Of a stretch of 64,000 bases of DNA, positions 52,197 to 61,299 are shown piece after piece. The stretch comes from an uncultured delta proteobacterium (GTDB lineage: Bacteria > Myxococcota > Myxococcia > Myxococcales > Anaeromyxobacteraceae): contig CAWJSR010000006.1 in the NCBI GenBank assembly GCA_963845515.1, positions 1 through 64,000 of the forward strand, written 5' to 3'. The notes beneath the pieces are model-generated. The model was given only the letters and a program-made list of their open reading frames with translations. It did not search any database and had not been told where the DNA came from. Both the position numbers and the translations under genes were made by a program. Positions within the stretch are counted from its first letter, which is position 1; each line of letters starts with the position of its first letter.

Positions 52197-52351
52197 ACAC
52201 AGATCGGATCTTCGTGGTCGAGCGGCCGTTCCCGCGCTTCGTCGGCTTCCGCGCCCTCCGCGTCTTCGTGAGGGCGCGGCGCAACAGCCAGCGGCTGCTC
52301 GCCGTGGGCGTCGCGCTGGGGATCATCTTCATGCTGATCCACTGGAGCTAG
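52193..52351 (+). CDS. Small hypothetical protein, 52 aa, C-terminal TM (absent from ORF track)
   Basis: GGAGGAG RBS, ATGA overlap; MNTDRIFVVERPFPRF...LLAVGVALGIIFMLIHWS. Confidence 0.6.
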   Translation: MNTDRIFVVERPFPRFVGFRALRVFVRARRNSQRLLAVGVALGIIFMLIHWS

Positions 52352-52360
52352 GCATCTGGT

Positions 52361-53026
52361 TCACCGGGCCGGGGCGTCGCCGCCCCGGCCCGGTCGTGCG
52401 CCGATCCCCGCCAGCATGACGATCACGGCGACGGCCTGCACCACGTGGAAGAGGCCGTTGTGGTCGAGCGGGACGCCGACGTCCATCGAGAGGTTGCTCG
52501 CCTGCACGCCGGCGGCCACGAGGTTCAGCAGGATCCCGGCGGCGATGACGCCCGCGCCGGGGAGCCGCCTGCGGGCGGCGAGCAGCAGGTAGATCGCGAG
52601 GGCAGAGAGCATCGCTGCCGCCTCGTAGGCCACGAAGACGATGAAGGCGCCGCCCAGCAGCTGGGCGGACGCGTAGAAGGCCACCCCCGCCGAGAGGAGC
52701 GGCCAGCGCGCGCGCCGGGCGGCGCGCTCGCCGCCGAGGTCGTGGATGGCCGCGACGAGGAAGGCGGCCACGAGCAGTCCCAGGAGCAGGTAGAGCGGGT
52801 GCCACAGGAGCGCGCGCGTCCGCGCGGGCAGGTCCAGGCCGTGGGCGATCGCGCCGAGCGCCGAGGCGCCGGCGAGCAGCAGGAAGACCAGCGACCAGGC
52901 GCGTGCGCGCGCGGGCTCGATGCGGGGGCGCGTGCGGATCCAGCGGGCTCCAGCGGCAGCCAGGAGTGCGAGCAGCGCGTCGGTCGCGCCGGTCGTGAGC
53001 TCGGTGGTGACGGGGTTCAGGTGCAC
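52361..53026 (-). CDS. Seven-TM membrane protein (DUF6962-like)
   Basis: ELTTGATDALL, GAIAHG, DHNGLFH motifs. Confidence 0.6.
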   Translation of the reverse strand: MHLNPVTTELTTGATDALLALLAAAGARWIRTRPRIEPARARAWSLVFLLLAGASALGAIAHGLDLPARTRALLWHPLYLLLGLLVAAFLVAAIHDLGGERAARRARWPLLSAGVAFYASAQLLGGAFIVFVAYEAAAMLSALAIYLLLAARRRLPGAGVIAAGILLNLVAAGVQASNLSMDVGVPLDHNGLFHVVQAVAVIVMLAGIGARPGRGGDAPAR

Positions 53027-53070
53027 GCGGCGTGAGGATAAAACCGCGAGGGCTCGTGCGTCGATGGCCG

Positions 53071-53967
53071 TCAGTCCGGCAGGAGCGCGCGCTGGACGTC
53101 GGCGAAGTCGGCGGGCGGCGAAGCCTCGAAGACCAGCGTCGCTCCGGTGACGGGGTGCGGGATCTCGAGGCGCGCGGCGTGGAGCATGACGCGCGGGATC
53201 GCCACCTCGCCGACCCGCCGCGCGCCGCCGTAGCGTGGGTCGCCCAGGAGCGACGCGCCGAGGTGGGCGAGGTGGACGCGGACCTGGTGCGTGCGCCCGG
53301 TCTCGGGGCGAGCCTCGACCAGCGCCGCCAGCGGCCCCTCGCGCAGCGTGCGGTACCGGGTCGCCGCGGCCTCGCCGCGCGGATCGACGAGCCGGAGGCC
53401 GGCGCGCTTCGGGTCCTTGCCCAGCGGCTCTGCGATCCGGCCGGCGGGCGGCGACGGCGCCCTTCCGCAGAGCGCGAGGTAGGTCTTCTCGGGGACCCCC
53501 GAGCGGAAGGCCTCTGCGAGGGCGGCTGCAGCCGCCTTGGACCTCGCGAAGACGGTGACGCCGCTCGTCTCGCGATCGAGCCGGTGGACGAGGATCGCCG
53601 GACCGCCGAGCAGGGCGGCGACCAGGTCCGGGAGCGTCCCTCGATCGCTCGTGAGCGTCGCCTGCGCCGCGATGCCGGCCGGCTTGTCCACCGCGGCGAT
53701 GTCGGCGTCGGAGTAGAGGAGGCGCGAGCGCTCGAGCGGGCCGGGTGCGGCCGCCTCGCGGCCACCCTCCTCGAGGTTCGCGATGACCTGCTGGCCGGGC
53801 CACACCTTCCTCGCCGCGATCTTGCAGCGGTGGCCGTCGACGAAGACGCCGCCCGTGTCGATCGCCCGCCGGGCGAGACCGCGGGCCATCCCGCCGCGCG
53901 CCGCGAGGAAGCGGTCGAGCCGCTCGGCCTTCTCGGCTTCGCCGACTACCAGCGAGATCCGCTTCAA
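53071..53967 (-). CDS. RluA/RluD family pseudouridine synthase with S4 domain
   Basis: RLDRFL, DKPAG, HRLDRETSG, TGRTHQVRVH, MLHA. Confidence 0.92.
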   Translation of the reverse strand: MKRISLVVGEAEKAERLDRFLAARGGMARGLARRAIDTGGVFVDGHRCKIAARKVWPGQQVIANLEEGGREAAAPGPLERSRLLYSDADIAAVDKPAGIAAQATLTSDRGTLPDLVAALLGGPAILVHRLDRETSGVTVFARSKAAAAALAEAFRSGVPEKTYLALCGRAPSPPAGRIAEPLGKDPKRAGLRLVDPRGEAAATRYRTLREGPLAALVEARPETGRTHQVRVHLAHLGASLLGDPRYGGARRVGEVAIPRVMLHAARLEIPHPVTGATLVFEASPPADFADVQRALLPD

Positions 53968-53986
53968 GGAGTGGTGGTCGGCGCGG

Positions 53987-54280
53987 TCAGGTGTTGGCCG
54001 GGTTGGACGGGCAGGAGGCGCAGGCGCCGCCAGCGGCCGGCGAGCAGCTGGGCTCGGCGGCCTTCGGCTCGGCCTTCTCGCCGGGGGTGACGTGACCGGG
54101 GCTCTTGCCGCCGTAGTCGGTGATGTAGAAGCCCGAGCCCTTGAACGAGAAGGCGCTCGCGGACATGAGCTTCCTCACCGCGGAGCCGCAGGCGTCGTGG
54201 CTCTCCAGCGGCGCGTCCGACATCTTCTGGATGACGTCGAACTTCCCGCACTTCGGACACTCGTACTCGTAGATCGGCAT
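53987..54280 (-). CDS. FmdB family zinc-ribbon protein
   Basis: MPIYEYECPKCG...FKGSGFYITDY. Confidence 0.9.
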   Translation of the reverse strand: MPIYEYECPKCGKFDVIQKMSDAPLESHDACGSAVRKLMSASAFSFKGSGFYITDYGGKSPGHVTPGEKAEPKAAEPSCSPAAGGACASCPSNPANT

Positions 54281-54416
54281 CGCTGCACATCTCCGCCCTT
54301 GAACGTAGTCACGCTGGGCATGCTGTCAAACCGGACCGCTCGCGCGGGCGCTCGCCCTGGAATGAGAGCGCATGAAAAGCCTTTCCGGTTCGGCCGGGGA
54401 GGGGGAAGCTTTTACC

Positions 54417-55793
54417 ATGGATGAGCTAGAGCGGATCCAGATCGAGCGCGAGGCGGACCGGCTGATCGATGCGCTCGACGCGGAGCGGTTCCGCCACGTC
54501 GCTGGGATGGAGTCGGCTCCCTCGTTGGCCCCCCTCTTCCTGGGTAGCCTGGGCAGGCCGGGCGTGGCCCATCGCGAGACGGTGACCCGCCTGCGGGAGG
54601 CCGGTCTCCATCCGCTGGCGGACCGGGCGGCGGCGCTCCGTGCGGAGCGGGCGGCGGCCGAGGCGGAGGAGCGCTGGCGCGCGGCGGAGGCGGCCGCCGT
54701 GGGCGAGGGGCCGGATGGCCGCGTCGGCCTGCAGGACGCCGAGCGGGCGCTCGCGCAGGAGCGTGATCAGGAGCGGCGCGGCGCCTTCGCACGGGCCGCG
54801 GCGCAGGGGTGCGAGGCGTCGGCGCCGTCGCGCGAGGCGGCGGTCGAGGCGCGGGCGCGTGCCCGCGCCGAGGTCGGCCTGGCCCCCGACTGGCAGGCGG
54901 TGGTCGAGGCGGACGCCGCCCTCGCGGCGTCGGACGACGCGTGGAGCGACGTGCTCGCGTGGACCGCGCGCCGGGAGCTGGGGCTTCAGCCCGCGCCGCG
55001 CGGTAACCTGGCGCGCGCCGACCTCATCCGTCTCCTCGCGCTGCGGCGATGGTCCGACCTCTTCAGGGTCGGGATGGTCCCGATCGTCCTGCGCTGGCTC
55101 TCCGAGCAGCTGCGGCTCGACCTCGGTCCGGTCCGCGTCGACGCCGAGGCGCGGCCGGGCAAGTGGCCGGGCGTCCACGTCTTCGGGGCGCGGATCTCCT
55201 TCCTGCCGGTGAGCGGCGCCGCCGACTGGCAGGACCTCTTCGACGGGACGGGGAGGGCGCTGGCGGCGTCGCGCCAGCCAGCGCACCGGCGCGACGCGCC
55301 CTTCGGCCACGCGCTCGGCTGGCTCCTCTCGTCGGTCCTGCGCGAGCCGCGCTTCCTCGTGGAGCGCTGCGACGCCGACCGGCGCGACGTGCCCGACCTT
55401 CGCCGCGGGCTGGCGCTCCGAGCGCTGTTCGCGCTGCGCGCCAGGGCGGCGGCCTTCCGGATCGCCTCGGAGGTCGAGCGCGGCATGAGCGGCCACGCGT
55501 GGAGAGAGGGCTATCGCGAGGCGATGACCGCCGCGCTCGGCGCGACGTGGGACGGGGTCCGTGCGGCTCGCGACGCGGACGGCCCGGTGCACGCCGCGGC
55601 GCTCACCGGCGCGGGGGAGGGCGAGGCGCTCCGCAGATCGCTCGTCGAGCGGTTCGACGAGGACTGGTGGCGCAACCCGCGGACGGCGGAGCACCTGGCT
55701 GGCCTGATCGCGGCGGGGAAGACTTTGGCGGACGAGGCGACGACCCCTTCGCTCGCCGCGGGCGCCCTGGCGGGTGAGCTCGCGAGCGGCTAG
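54417..55793 (+). CDS. Hypothetical protein, possibly M3-peptidase-like without HExxH
   Basis: Long GC3-biased helical ORF; C-terminal ERFDEDWWRNP. Confidence 0.55.
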   Translation: MDELERIQIEREADRLIDALDAERFRHVAGMESAPSLAPLFLGSLGRPGVAHRETVTRLREAGLHPLADRAAALRAERAAAEAEERWRAAEAAAVGEGPDGRVGLQDAERALAQERDQERRGAFARAAAQGCEASAPSREAAVEARARARAEVGLAPDWQAVVEADAALAASDDAWSDVLAWTARRELGLQPAPRGNLARADLIRLLALRRWSDLFRVGMVPIVLRWLSEQLRLDLGPVRVDAEARPGKWPGVHVFGARISFLPVSGAADWQDLFDGTGRALAASRQPAHRRDAPFGHALGWLLSSVLREPRFLVERCDADRRDVPDLRRGLALRALFALRARAAAFRIASEVERGMSGHAWREGYREAMTAALGATWDGVRAARDADGPVHAAALTGAGEGEALRRSLVERFDEDWWRNPRTAEHLAGLIAAGKTLADEATTPSLAAGALAGELASG

Positions 55794-55831
55794 GGAGCCC
55801 ATGCAGCGCGACGAGACAGCCGAAAGACGAA

Positions 55832-55862
55832 CGGCGCCGCGTCCAGGATGGACGCGGCGCCG
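55832..55862. terminator. Hairpin between convergent genes
   Basis: CGGCGCCGCGTCCA-GGA-TGGACGCGGCGCCG, 14-bp stem. Confidence 0.7.
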
Positions 55863-55884
55863 CTCCTAGAGGAGGGACAGGCCC

Positions 55885-56232
55885 CTAGTTGAGCTTTCGC
55901 AGCGCGCGGACGATCTTCTCCTTGGTCCGCGAGTGGGCCGGCTTCGCGTCCGGCGCGGCCCGCGTCGCAGTCCGCGGCGCGGCGCGGCTGGCGAGGTGGG
56001 CCTTCCACTTCATGAAGGCTTCGATCTCCATGGCGCGGAGCTCTATCTCCAGCTCCGCGTCCGCCTCGACGGTCCGCTCCAGCCGGGCGGCGCGCGGCGG
56101 TGCCGCGCCGAGCCGCATCCGGATCACCTTCTCCTCTTCGGAGGAGAGCTCTGGGGCAGCGGTCTTGCGGAGCACGGCCTGAGCCGCGCCCTCGGTGACC
56201 TGCGTCGTTGTGGACCTTCTCTTCTCCGCCAT
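55885..56232 (-). CDS. Small hypothetical protein with sigma70 region-4-like segments
   Basis: GAGG RBS; LSSEEEKVIRMRLG and TKEKIVRALRKL. Confidence 0.65.
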   Translation of the reverse strand: MAEKRRSTTTQVTEGAAQAVLRKTAAPELSSEEEKVIRMRLGAAPPRAARLERTVEADAELEIELRAMEIEAFMKWKAHLASRAAPRTATRAAPDAKPAHSRTKEKIVRALRKLN

Positions 56233-56445
56233 CGAGACCTCGTCGGATTTGCGGTGCGGCCCGAGCCGCTTTGCGTCTCTCATCGTAGGGCCCGTCCGCC
56301 CGGTGTCCATTTTTCTATGTAGATCCGACACTCGCCCCGGATTGGCGGCGCAAGCGGCCGAAATCACATTACAAACATAGGTGTGTGGGCGTCGCACCGG
56401 AATCGCGCGGCGAGGCTCCTACCGGAAACCCCTGCGAGGTGAACG

Positions 56446-56892
56446 ATGGCGGACTGGCGAGAAAACCTCATCACGGACGACGCGAGGATCGGCGAGCTGG
56501 TGCGGTCGGCGAAGCGCGTGGCGGTCATCGGGATCAAGACGGCTGACAAGCCGGAGCAACCGGCCTACGAGGTCCCCGAGTACCTCTCGAAGCACGGCGT
56601 CCAGATCGTCCCGGTCCCCGTCTACTACCCGGACGCCACCGAGATCCTCGGCGAGAAGGTCTACCGGAAGGTGGCCGACGTCCCGGGTCCCATCGACGTG
56701 GTCGACGTCTTCCGCCGGCCGATCGACATCCCCGCCCACGTGGACGACATCCTCGCGAAGAAGCCGCGGGCGGTCTGGTTCCAGCTCGGGATCCGGAACG
56801 ACGCCGCTGCGGAGACCCTGGCGAAGGCGGGCATCCTGGTCGTCCAGGACCGGTGCATGCTGGTCGAGCACAAGCGCCACGCCCGGAAGTGA
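56446..56892 (+). CDS. CoA-binding domain protein (YccU-like)
   Basis: VAVIG, IDVVDVFRR, VWFQLGI, VVQDRCM. Confidence 0.9.
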   Translation: MADWRENLITDDARIGELVRSAKRVAVIGIKTADKPEQPAYEVPEYLSKHGVQIVPVPVYYPDATEILGEKVYRKVADVPGPIDVVDVFRRPIDIPAHVDDILAKKPRAVWFQLGIRNDAAAETLAKAGILVVQDRCMLVEHKRHARK

Positions 56893-56904
56893 CCCGGCGG
56901 TCGC

Positions 56905-56938
56905 CCCCTCTCCCCGACCTCTCGGTGGGGGAGAGGGG
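56905..56938. repeat. REP-like palindrome between convergent genes
   Basis: CCCCTCTCCCC...GGGGAGAGGGG stem. Confidence 0.6.
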
Positions 56939-56953
56939 ATGATCGAAAGGATC

Positions 56954-57574
56954 CTACCGGTACTCGGGGCGCGGCTCCGGGCGGTACACGCTCTCCTCCG
57001 AGTTGACCGGGTTGTTGGTCAGGTAGACCGACAGGCCGATCCCAAGCGAGAGGTCCGACCTGATCCGGTCGCCCGCGGCGGGGAAGTTGAGCCGCACCTG
57101 CTCGAAGGCGCCGAAGAAGTCGAGCGAGACGTTCCGGTTGAGGAAGAGCCTGGCGCCGCCGGCGACCTCGTAGCCGAAGCCATCCGCGGTGTCGATCACG
57201 CCGGCCACCTTGGTCTCGCCCCGGGCGATCCCCACGGTCAGGTCGGCGAAGACCGAGAAGTGCTTCATCAGCTCCCAGTCGAGCCCCGCCTTCGGGCCGA
57301 AGAGGAACTCGCTGTCGTAGTCCTGACCCTGCTTGACGTGGTCGTAGCCGACGTCGAGGCCGAACGCGAGGAAGTGGCTCACGAAGTACATCGCGCTCAG
57401 GCCGGTGTCGAACTGCGTCGTCTTGGTCTCGACGCCGTTGTCGTCCGTGGTCGTCGTTCCCCAGTTGAGCCCAGACGTCCCGGAGAGCTGGAGCGCGCCG
57501 GGGTTGATGTCGCTGGCCGAGGCGAGCACGGGGAGCGCGAGCGCGAGCGCGAGTGCCGCAAGCTTCTTGGTCAT
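56954..57574 (-). CDS. Outer-membrane beta-barrel protein
   Basis: Signal peptide; about eight amphipathic strands ending GIGLSVYL. Confidence 0.75.
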   Translation of the reverse strand: MTKKLAALALALALPVLASASDINPGALQLSGTSGLNWGTTTTDDNGVETKTTQFDTGLSAMYFVSHFLAFGLDVGYDHVKQGQDYDSEFLFGPKAGLDWELMKHFSVFADLTVGIARGETKVAGVIDTADGFGYEVAGGARLFLNRNVSLDFFGAFEQVRLNFPAAGDRIRSDLSLGIGLSVYLTNNPVNSEESVYRPEPRPEYR

Positions 57575-57696
57575 TGGGATCCCTCCGGGAATGCCGCGGA
57601 ACCGGTCACGCGGACCTCTCGCGGGCGCACGATTGCGCGCGGACAGTCTGCCACGGCCGGGTGAGGCGGCAAGCCCGGAGAGCGCGGGACGCGCCC

Positions 57697-58116
57697 TCAG
57701 CGCCCGAAGATGTAGGTGTTGAGCTGGCTGATGAGGAACTGCTTCTCGTCGAGCATGAGCTGGATGACGTCCCGCATCGAGACGACGCCGATCACCTTGC
57801 CCTCGTCCTCGACCAGCAGGTGGCGGGTGAAGTTGTCGCGCATCAGGTCCGCGGCCTCACCCTCGGTGGCGTCCGCGGAGACCCTCGGGATCCCGTCGCG
57901 CATCGACCTTCGGATCGGGGCGGAGCCGTCCCCACCGCTCGCGACGACCGAGGCGACGAGGTCGCGCTCGGTGACGAGCCCGGTGATCTTGCCGCCCTCC
58001 TTCACGGCGATGGATCCGATCTTCTTCTCGGACATGATCCGCGCCGCCTCGCGGCTCGGAGTGCTCCCGTCGAGCGCCACCACCTCCATCGACACGTGCT
58101 TCCGAATGCTCGCCAT
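57697..58116 (-). CDS. CBS domain pair protein
   Basis: GLVTERDL and RHLLV...GVVSMRDV. Confidence 0.9.
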   Translation of the reverse strand: MASIRKHVSMEVVALDGSTPSREAARIMSEKKIGSIAVKEGGKITGLVTERDLVASVVASGGDGSAPIRRSMRDGIPRVSADATEGEAADLMRDNFTRHLLVEDEGKVIGVVSMRDVIQLMLDEKQFLISQLNTYIFGR

Positions 58117-58325
58117 CGCCGGCTCCTCGGTGTGGACAACGATCACTCACTTAACGTGCGTACGGGGGGACGACCCGTTCCACTCCGGGCCACTCCAAAG
58201 GGCCCAGGGGCGCCGTGACCGGTCAGGTCCGCGACCGAGGTCCCCGATGGGTCGGCACGGCCGCTGGGCTCGATAGAGCTGTGCGCGAACGCTTACCGTG
58301 AACCATCGAGGTAGTGGAGGACCGA

Positions 58326-58787
58326 ATGCGGATCCGATCGGCGCGCGACCTGCTCGCGGGGAGTTGCCTCGTCGCGCTGTCCGCCTTCGCGCTCTGGTCG
58401 AGCCGCCACCTCGACCAGGGGACCCTGCGCGCGATGGGGCCGGGGATGCTGCCGCGGTACGTGGCCGCGGGGATCGGCCTCGCCGGGCTGGTCATCGCCG
58501 CCCTCGCGCTGCTGAAGGACGGCCCTGCGCTCGACCGCTGGCCGCTCCGCGGGCCGATCGTCATAACGCTGGCGGTGGTCGCCTTCGCGCTCACCATCCG
58601 GACGGTCGGCCTCGCGCTGGCAGGGCCGCTGGTCGTGATCATCGGCGGCTCGGCGTCGCCCGAGACCCGGCCTCGGGAGCTGCTGATCTTCGGCGTCGTG
58701 ATGACGGCGCTCTGCGTGGGGCTGTTCCGCTACGTGCTCTCGCTCCCCATCCCCGTGCTGATCATCCCCGGGGTCATCACGCTGTAG
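58326..58787 (+). CDS. tctB: Tripartite tricarboxylate transporter small subunit
   Basis: MGPGMLP, LFRYVLSLPIP; adjacent to tctA. Confidence 0.85.
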   Translation: MRIRSARDLLAGSCLVALSAFALWSSRHLDQGTLRAMGPGMLPRYVAAGIGLAGLVIAALALLKDGPALDRWPLRGPIVITLAVVAFALTIRTVGLALAGPLVVIIGGSASPETRPRELLIFGVVMTALCVGLFRYVLSLPIPVLIIPGVITL

Positions 58788-58795
58788 GAGACGAG

Positions 58796-60298
58796 ATGGA
58801 AGGCCTGCTGCAGCACCTCGCGCTCGGCTTCTCGGTGGCCTTCACGGCGCAGAACCTGGGGCTCGCCTTCATCGGCTGCCTCATCGGCACGCTCGTGGGC
58901 GTCCTCCCCGGCGTCGGCCCCATCGCGACCATCACGATGCTCCTCCCGGTCACCTTCGGGCTGGAGCCGACCGGCGCCATCATCATGCTCGCCGGCATCT
59001 ACTATGGGGCCCAGTACGGCGGCTCGACCACGGCCATCCTGGTGAACATCCCCGGCGAGGTGACCTCGGTGGTGACGACGCTCGACGGCCACGCCATGGC
59101 GAAGCAGGGACGCGGCGGCGTGGCGCTCGGGGTCGCGGCGATCGGCTCCTTCTTCGCCGGCTCGGTGGGCACGCTCGTGGTGGCCGCGCTGGCGGTCCCG
59201 CTCACGAAGCTCGCGCTCCTCTTCGGCGCGGCCGAGTACACGGCGCTCATGACGGCGGGGCTGGCCTTCGCCGTGGTGCTCGCGCGCGGCTCCATCCTGA
59301 AGGCCTTCGCGATGATCGCGATCGGCGTGCTCCTCTCCACCGTCGGCACCGACCTGGACACCGGCGTGGACAGGATGACCTTCGGCTTCCCGCCGCTCGC
59401 CGACGGGCTCGACTTCGCCGTGCTGGCGATGGGCATCTTCGGGATCGCCGAGGTGCTGCGGAACCTCGAGGCGGCGGAGAGGCGCGACGTGGTGCACGCC
59501 CCGATCGGCCGGATCTTCCCGTCCCGCGCCGACCTGGCGCGCGCCGTCGCCCCGATCCTCAGGGGCAGCGCCCTCGGGGCGCTCCTCGGCATCCTCCCCG
59601 GCAACGGCGCGGTGCTGGGCCCCTTCGCCTCGTACACGGTGGAGAAGCGGCTGTCCCGCCAGCCACACCTCTTCGGCACGGGGATGATCGAGGGGGTGGC
59701 GGGGCCGGAGGCTGCCAACAACGCCGGCGCCCAGACCTCCTTCGTCCCGCTCCTGGCGCTCGGGATCCCGCCGAACGCGGTGATGGCGCTGATGGTCGGG
59801 GCCATGACCATCCACGGGGTGGTCCCGGGGCCGCTGGTGATGACGCGGAACCCGGGGCTGTTCTGGGGCGTCATCGCGAGCATGTGGATCGGGAACCTGA
59901 TGCTCCTCGTGATCAACCTGCCGCTCGTGGGGCTGTGGGTCCGGTTCCTCGCGGTCCCGTACCGGCTCATGTTCCCGGCGATCCTGCTCTTCTGCTGCAT
60001 CGGGATCTACTCGGTGAACAACTCGCCCGGCGACGTGATGATGACGGCGGGGCTGGGGCTGCTCGGGTGGGCCGCCTCGAAGCTCGAGTTCGAGGGCGCC
60101 CCGCTCCTGCTCGGCTTCGTGCTGGGGCGCCTGCTCGAGGAGAACCTGCGGCGCGCCCTCGTCCTGTCGCGCGGCGATCCCGCCGCCTTCATCGAGCGCC
60201 CCATCAGCGCGGGGCTGCTCGCCGTGGCCTTCGTCGTCCTCGCCGTCGCGGTGATCCCCGCAGTCCGTCGCGGCCGCGAGGAGGTCTTCACCAGCTGA
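58796..60298 (+). CDS. tctA: Tripartite tricarboxylate transporter large subunit
   Basis: GVLPGVG, YYGAQYGGSTTAILVNIPG, PEAANNA. Confidence 0.93.
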   Translation: MEGLLQHLALGFSVAFTAQNLGLAFIGCLIGTLVGVLPGVGPIATITMLLPVTFGLEPTGAIIMLAGIYYGAQYGGSTTAILVNIPGEVTSVVTTLDGHAMAKQGRGGVALGVAAIGSFFAGSVGTLVVAALAVPLTKLALLFGAAEYTALMTAGLAFAVVLARGSILKAFAMIAIGVLLSTVGTDLDTGVDRMTFGFPPLADGLDFAVLAMGIFGIAEVLRNLEAAERRDVVHAPIGRIFPSRADLARAVAPILRGSALGALLGILPGNGAVLGPFASYTVEKRLSRQPHLFGTGMIEGVAGPEAANNAGAQTSFVPLLALGIPPNAVMALMVGAMTIHGVVPGPLVMTRNPGLFWGVIASMWIGNLMLLVINLPLVGLWVRFLAVPYRLMFPAILLFCCIGIYSVNNSPGDVMMTAGLGLLGWAASKLEFEGAPLLLGFVLGRLLEENLRRALVLSRGDPAAFIERPISAGLLAVAFVVLAVAVIPAVRRGREEVFTS

Positions 60299-60326
60299 AC
60301 CAGTGGAAGTCGGAAAGGAGAATCAC

Positions 60327-61298
60327 ATGAAGAGCCTGCTCACCCTCCTCAGCATCCTCGCCGCAGCAGTCCCCGCAGCGCCCGCCGAGGCGGCCTGGCC
60401 GGAGCGTCCGATCACCATGATCGTGCCCTTCGCGGCCGGCGGCCCCACCGACGTCGTCGCCCGGATCGTCGCCGACAACATGTCCCGCACGCTCGGCCAG
60501 CAGGTCATCATCGAGAACGTGGCGGGCGCCGGCGGAACGACCGGCATCACGCGGGCCGCCCAGGCGGCCCCCGACGGCTACACCATCTGCATGGGCCACA
60601 TGGGGACGCACGGGGCCGCGCCCGCCGTCTACCCCGATCTCAAGTACGACCCGGTGAAGGACTTCGCGCCGATAGGGCTCGCCGCAGGGACACCGATCCT
60701 CGTCGTGGCGAGGAAGGACTTCCCGGCGAAGGACCTCAAGGAGTTCGTCGCGGCGATCAAGGCGGGGGGCGACAAGCTGAACGAGGCGCACGCCGGGGTG
60801 GGCTCCGTCTCCTTCACCACCTGCAGCCTCTTCAACGCGCTCGCCGGTGCGGCGCCCACCCGCGTCGTCTACCGGGGCACCGGCCCCGCGCTGAACGACC
60901 TCGTCGGCGGCCAGGTCGACTACATGTGCGACCAGATCGTGAACCTCGTGCCACAGATCCAGGCGGGCACGATCAGGGCCTACGCGGTCGCGCTCCCGGA
61001 GCGGTCGCCGGCGCTCCCCGACGTCCCGACCACGAAGGAGGGCGGCATGCCGGAGTTCCAGGTCAGCGCCTGGAACGCCGTCTTCGCGCCGAAGGGGACC
61101 CCCCCCGCGATCGTCAAGAAGCTCTCCGACGCGCTCCGGAAGGCGCTCGCCGACGCCGGGACGCGGAAGCGGCTCCTCGACCTGGGCGGCGACCTGACCA
61201 ACGAGGCGGCGATGACCCCCGACGGCCTGCGCAAGCACGTCGAGGCGGAGGTCGCTCGCTGGAAGAAGGTGCTGAAGGCGACGCCGCAGGCCAGGTGA
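60327..61298 (+). CDS. tctC: Tripartite tricarboxylate transporter substrate-binding protein (Bug)
   Basis: Signal peptide; VPFAAGGPTD, ENVAGAGG, PDGYT, LPDVPT. Confidence 0.9.
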   Translation: MKSLLTLLSILAAAVPAAPAEAAWPERPITMIVPFAAGGPTDVVARIVADNMSRTLGQQVIIENVAGAGGTTGITRAAQAAPDGYTICMGHMGTHGAAPAVYPDLKYDPVKDFAPIGLAAGTPILVVARKDFPAKDLKEFVAAIKAGGDKLNEAHAGVGSVSFTTCSLFNALAGAAPTRVVYRGTGPALNDLVGGQVDYMCDQIVNLVPQIQAGTIRAYAVALPERSPALPDVPTTKEGGMPEFQVSAWNAVFAPKGTPPAIVKKLSDALRKALADAGTRKRLLDLGGDLTNEAAMTPDGLRKHVEAEVARWKKVLKATPQAR

Positions 61299-61299
61299 T

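Noticed and set aside
57638..57653. Possible sigma54 promoter TGGCAGACTGTCCGCG upstream of the beta-barrel gene
   Set aside because: Weak -12 element and no copy of the 15-bp motif nearby.
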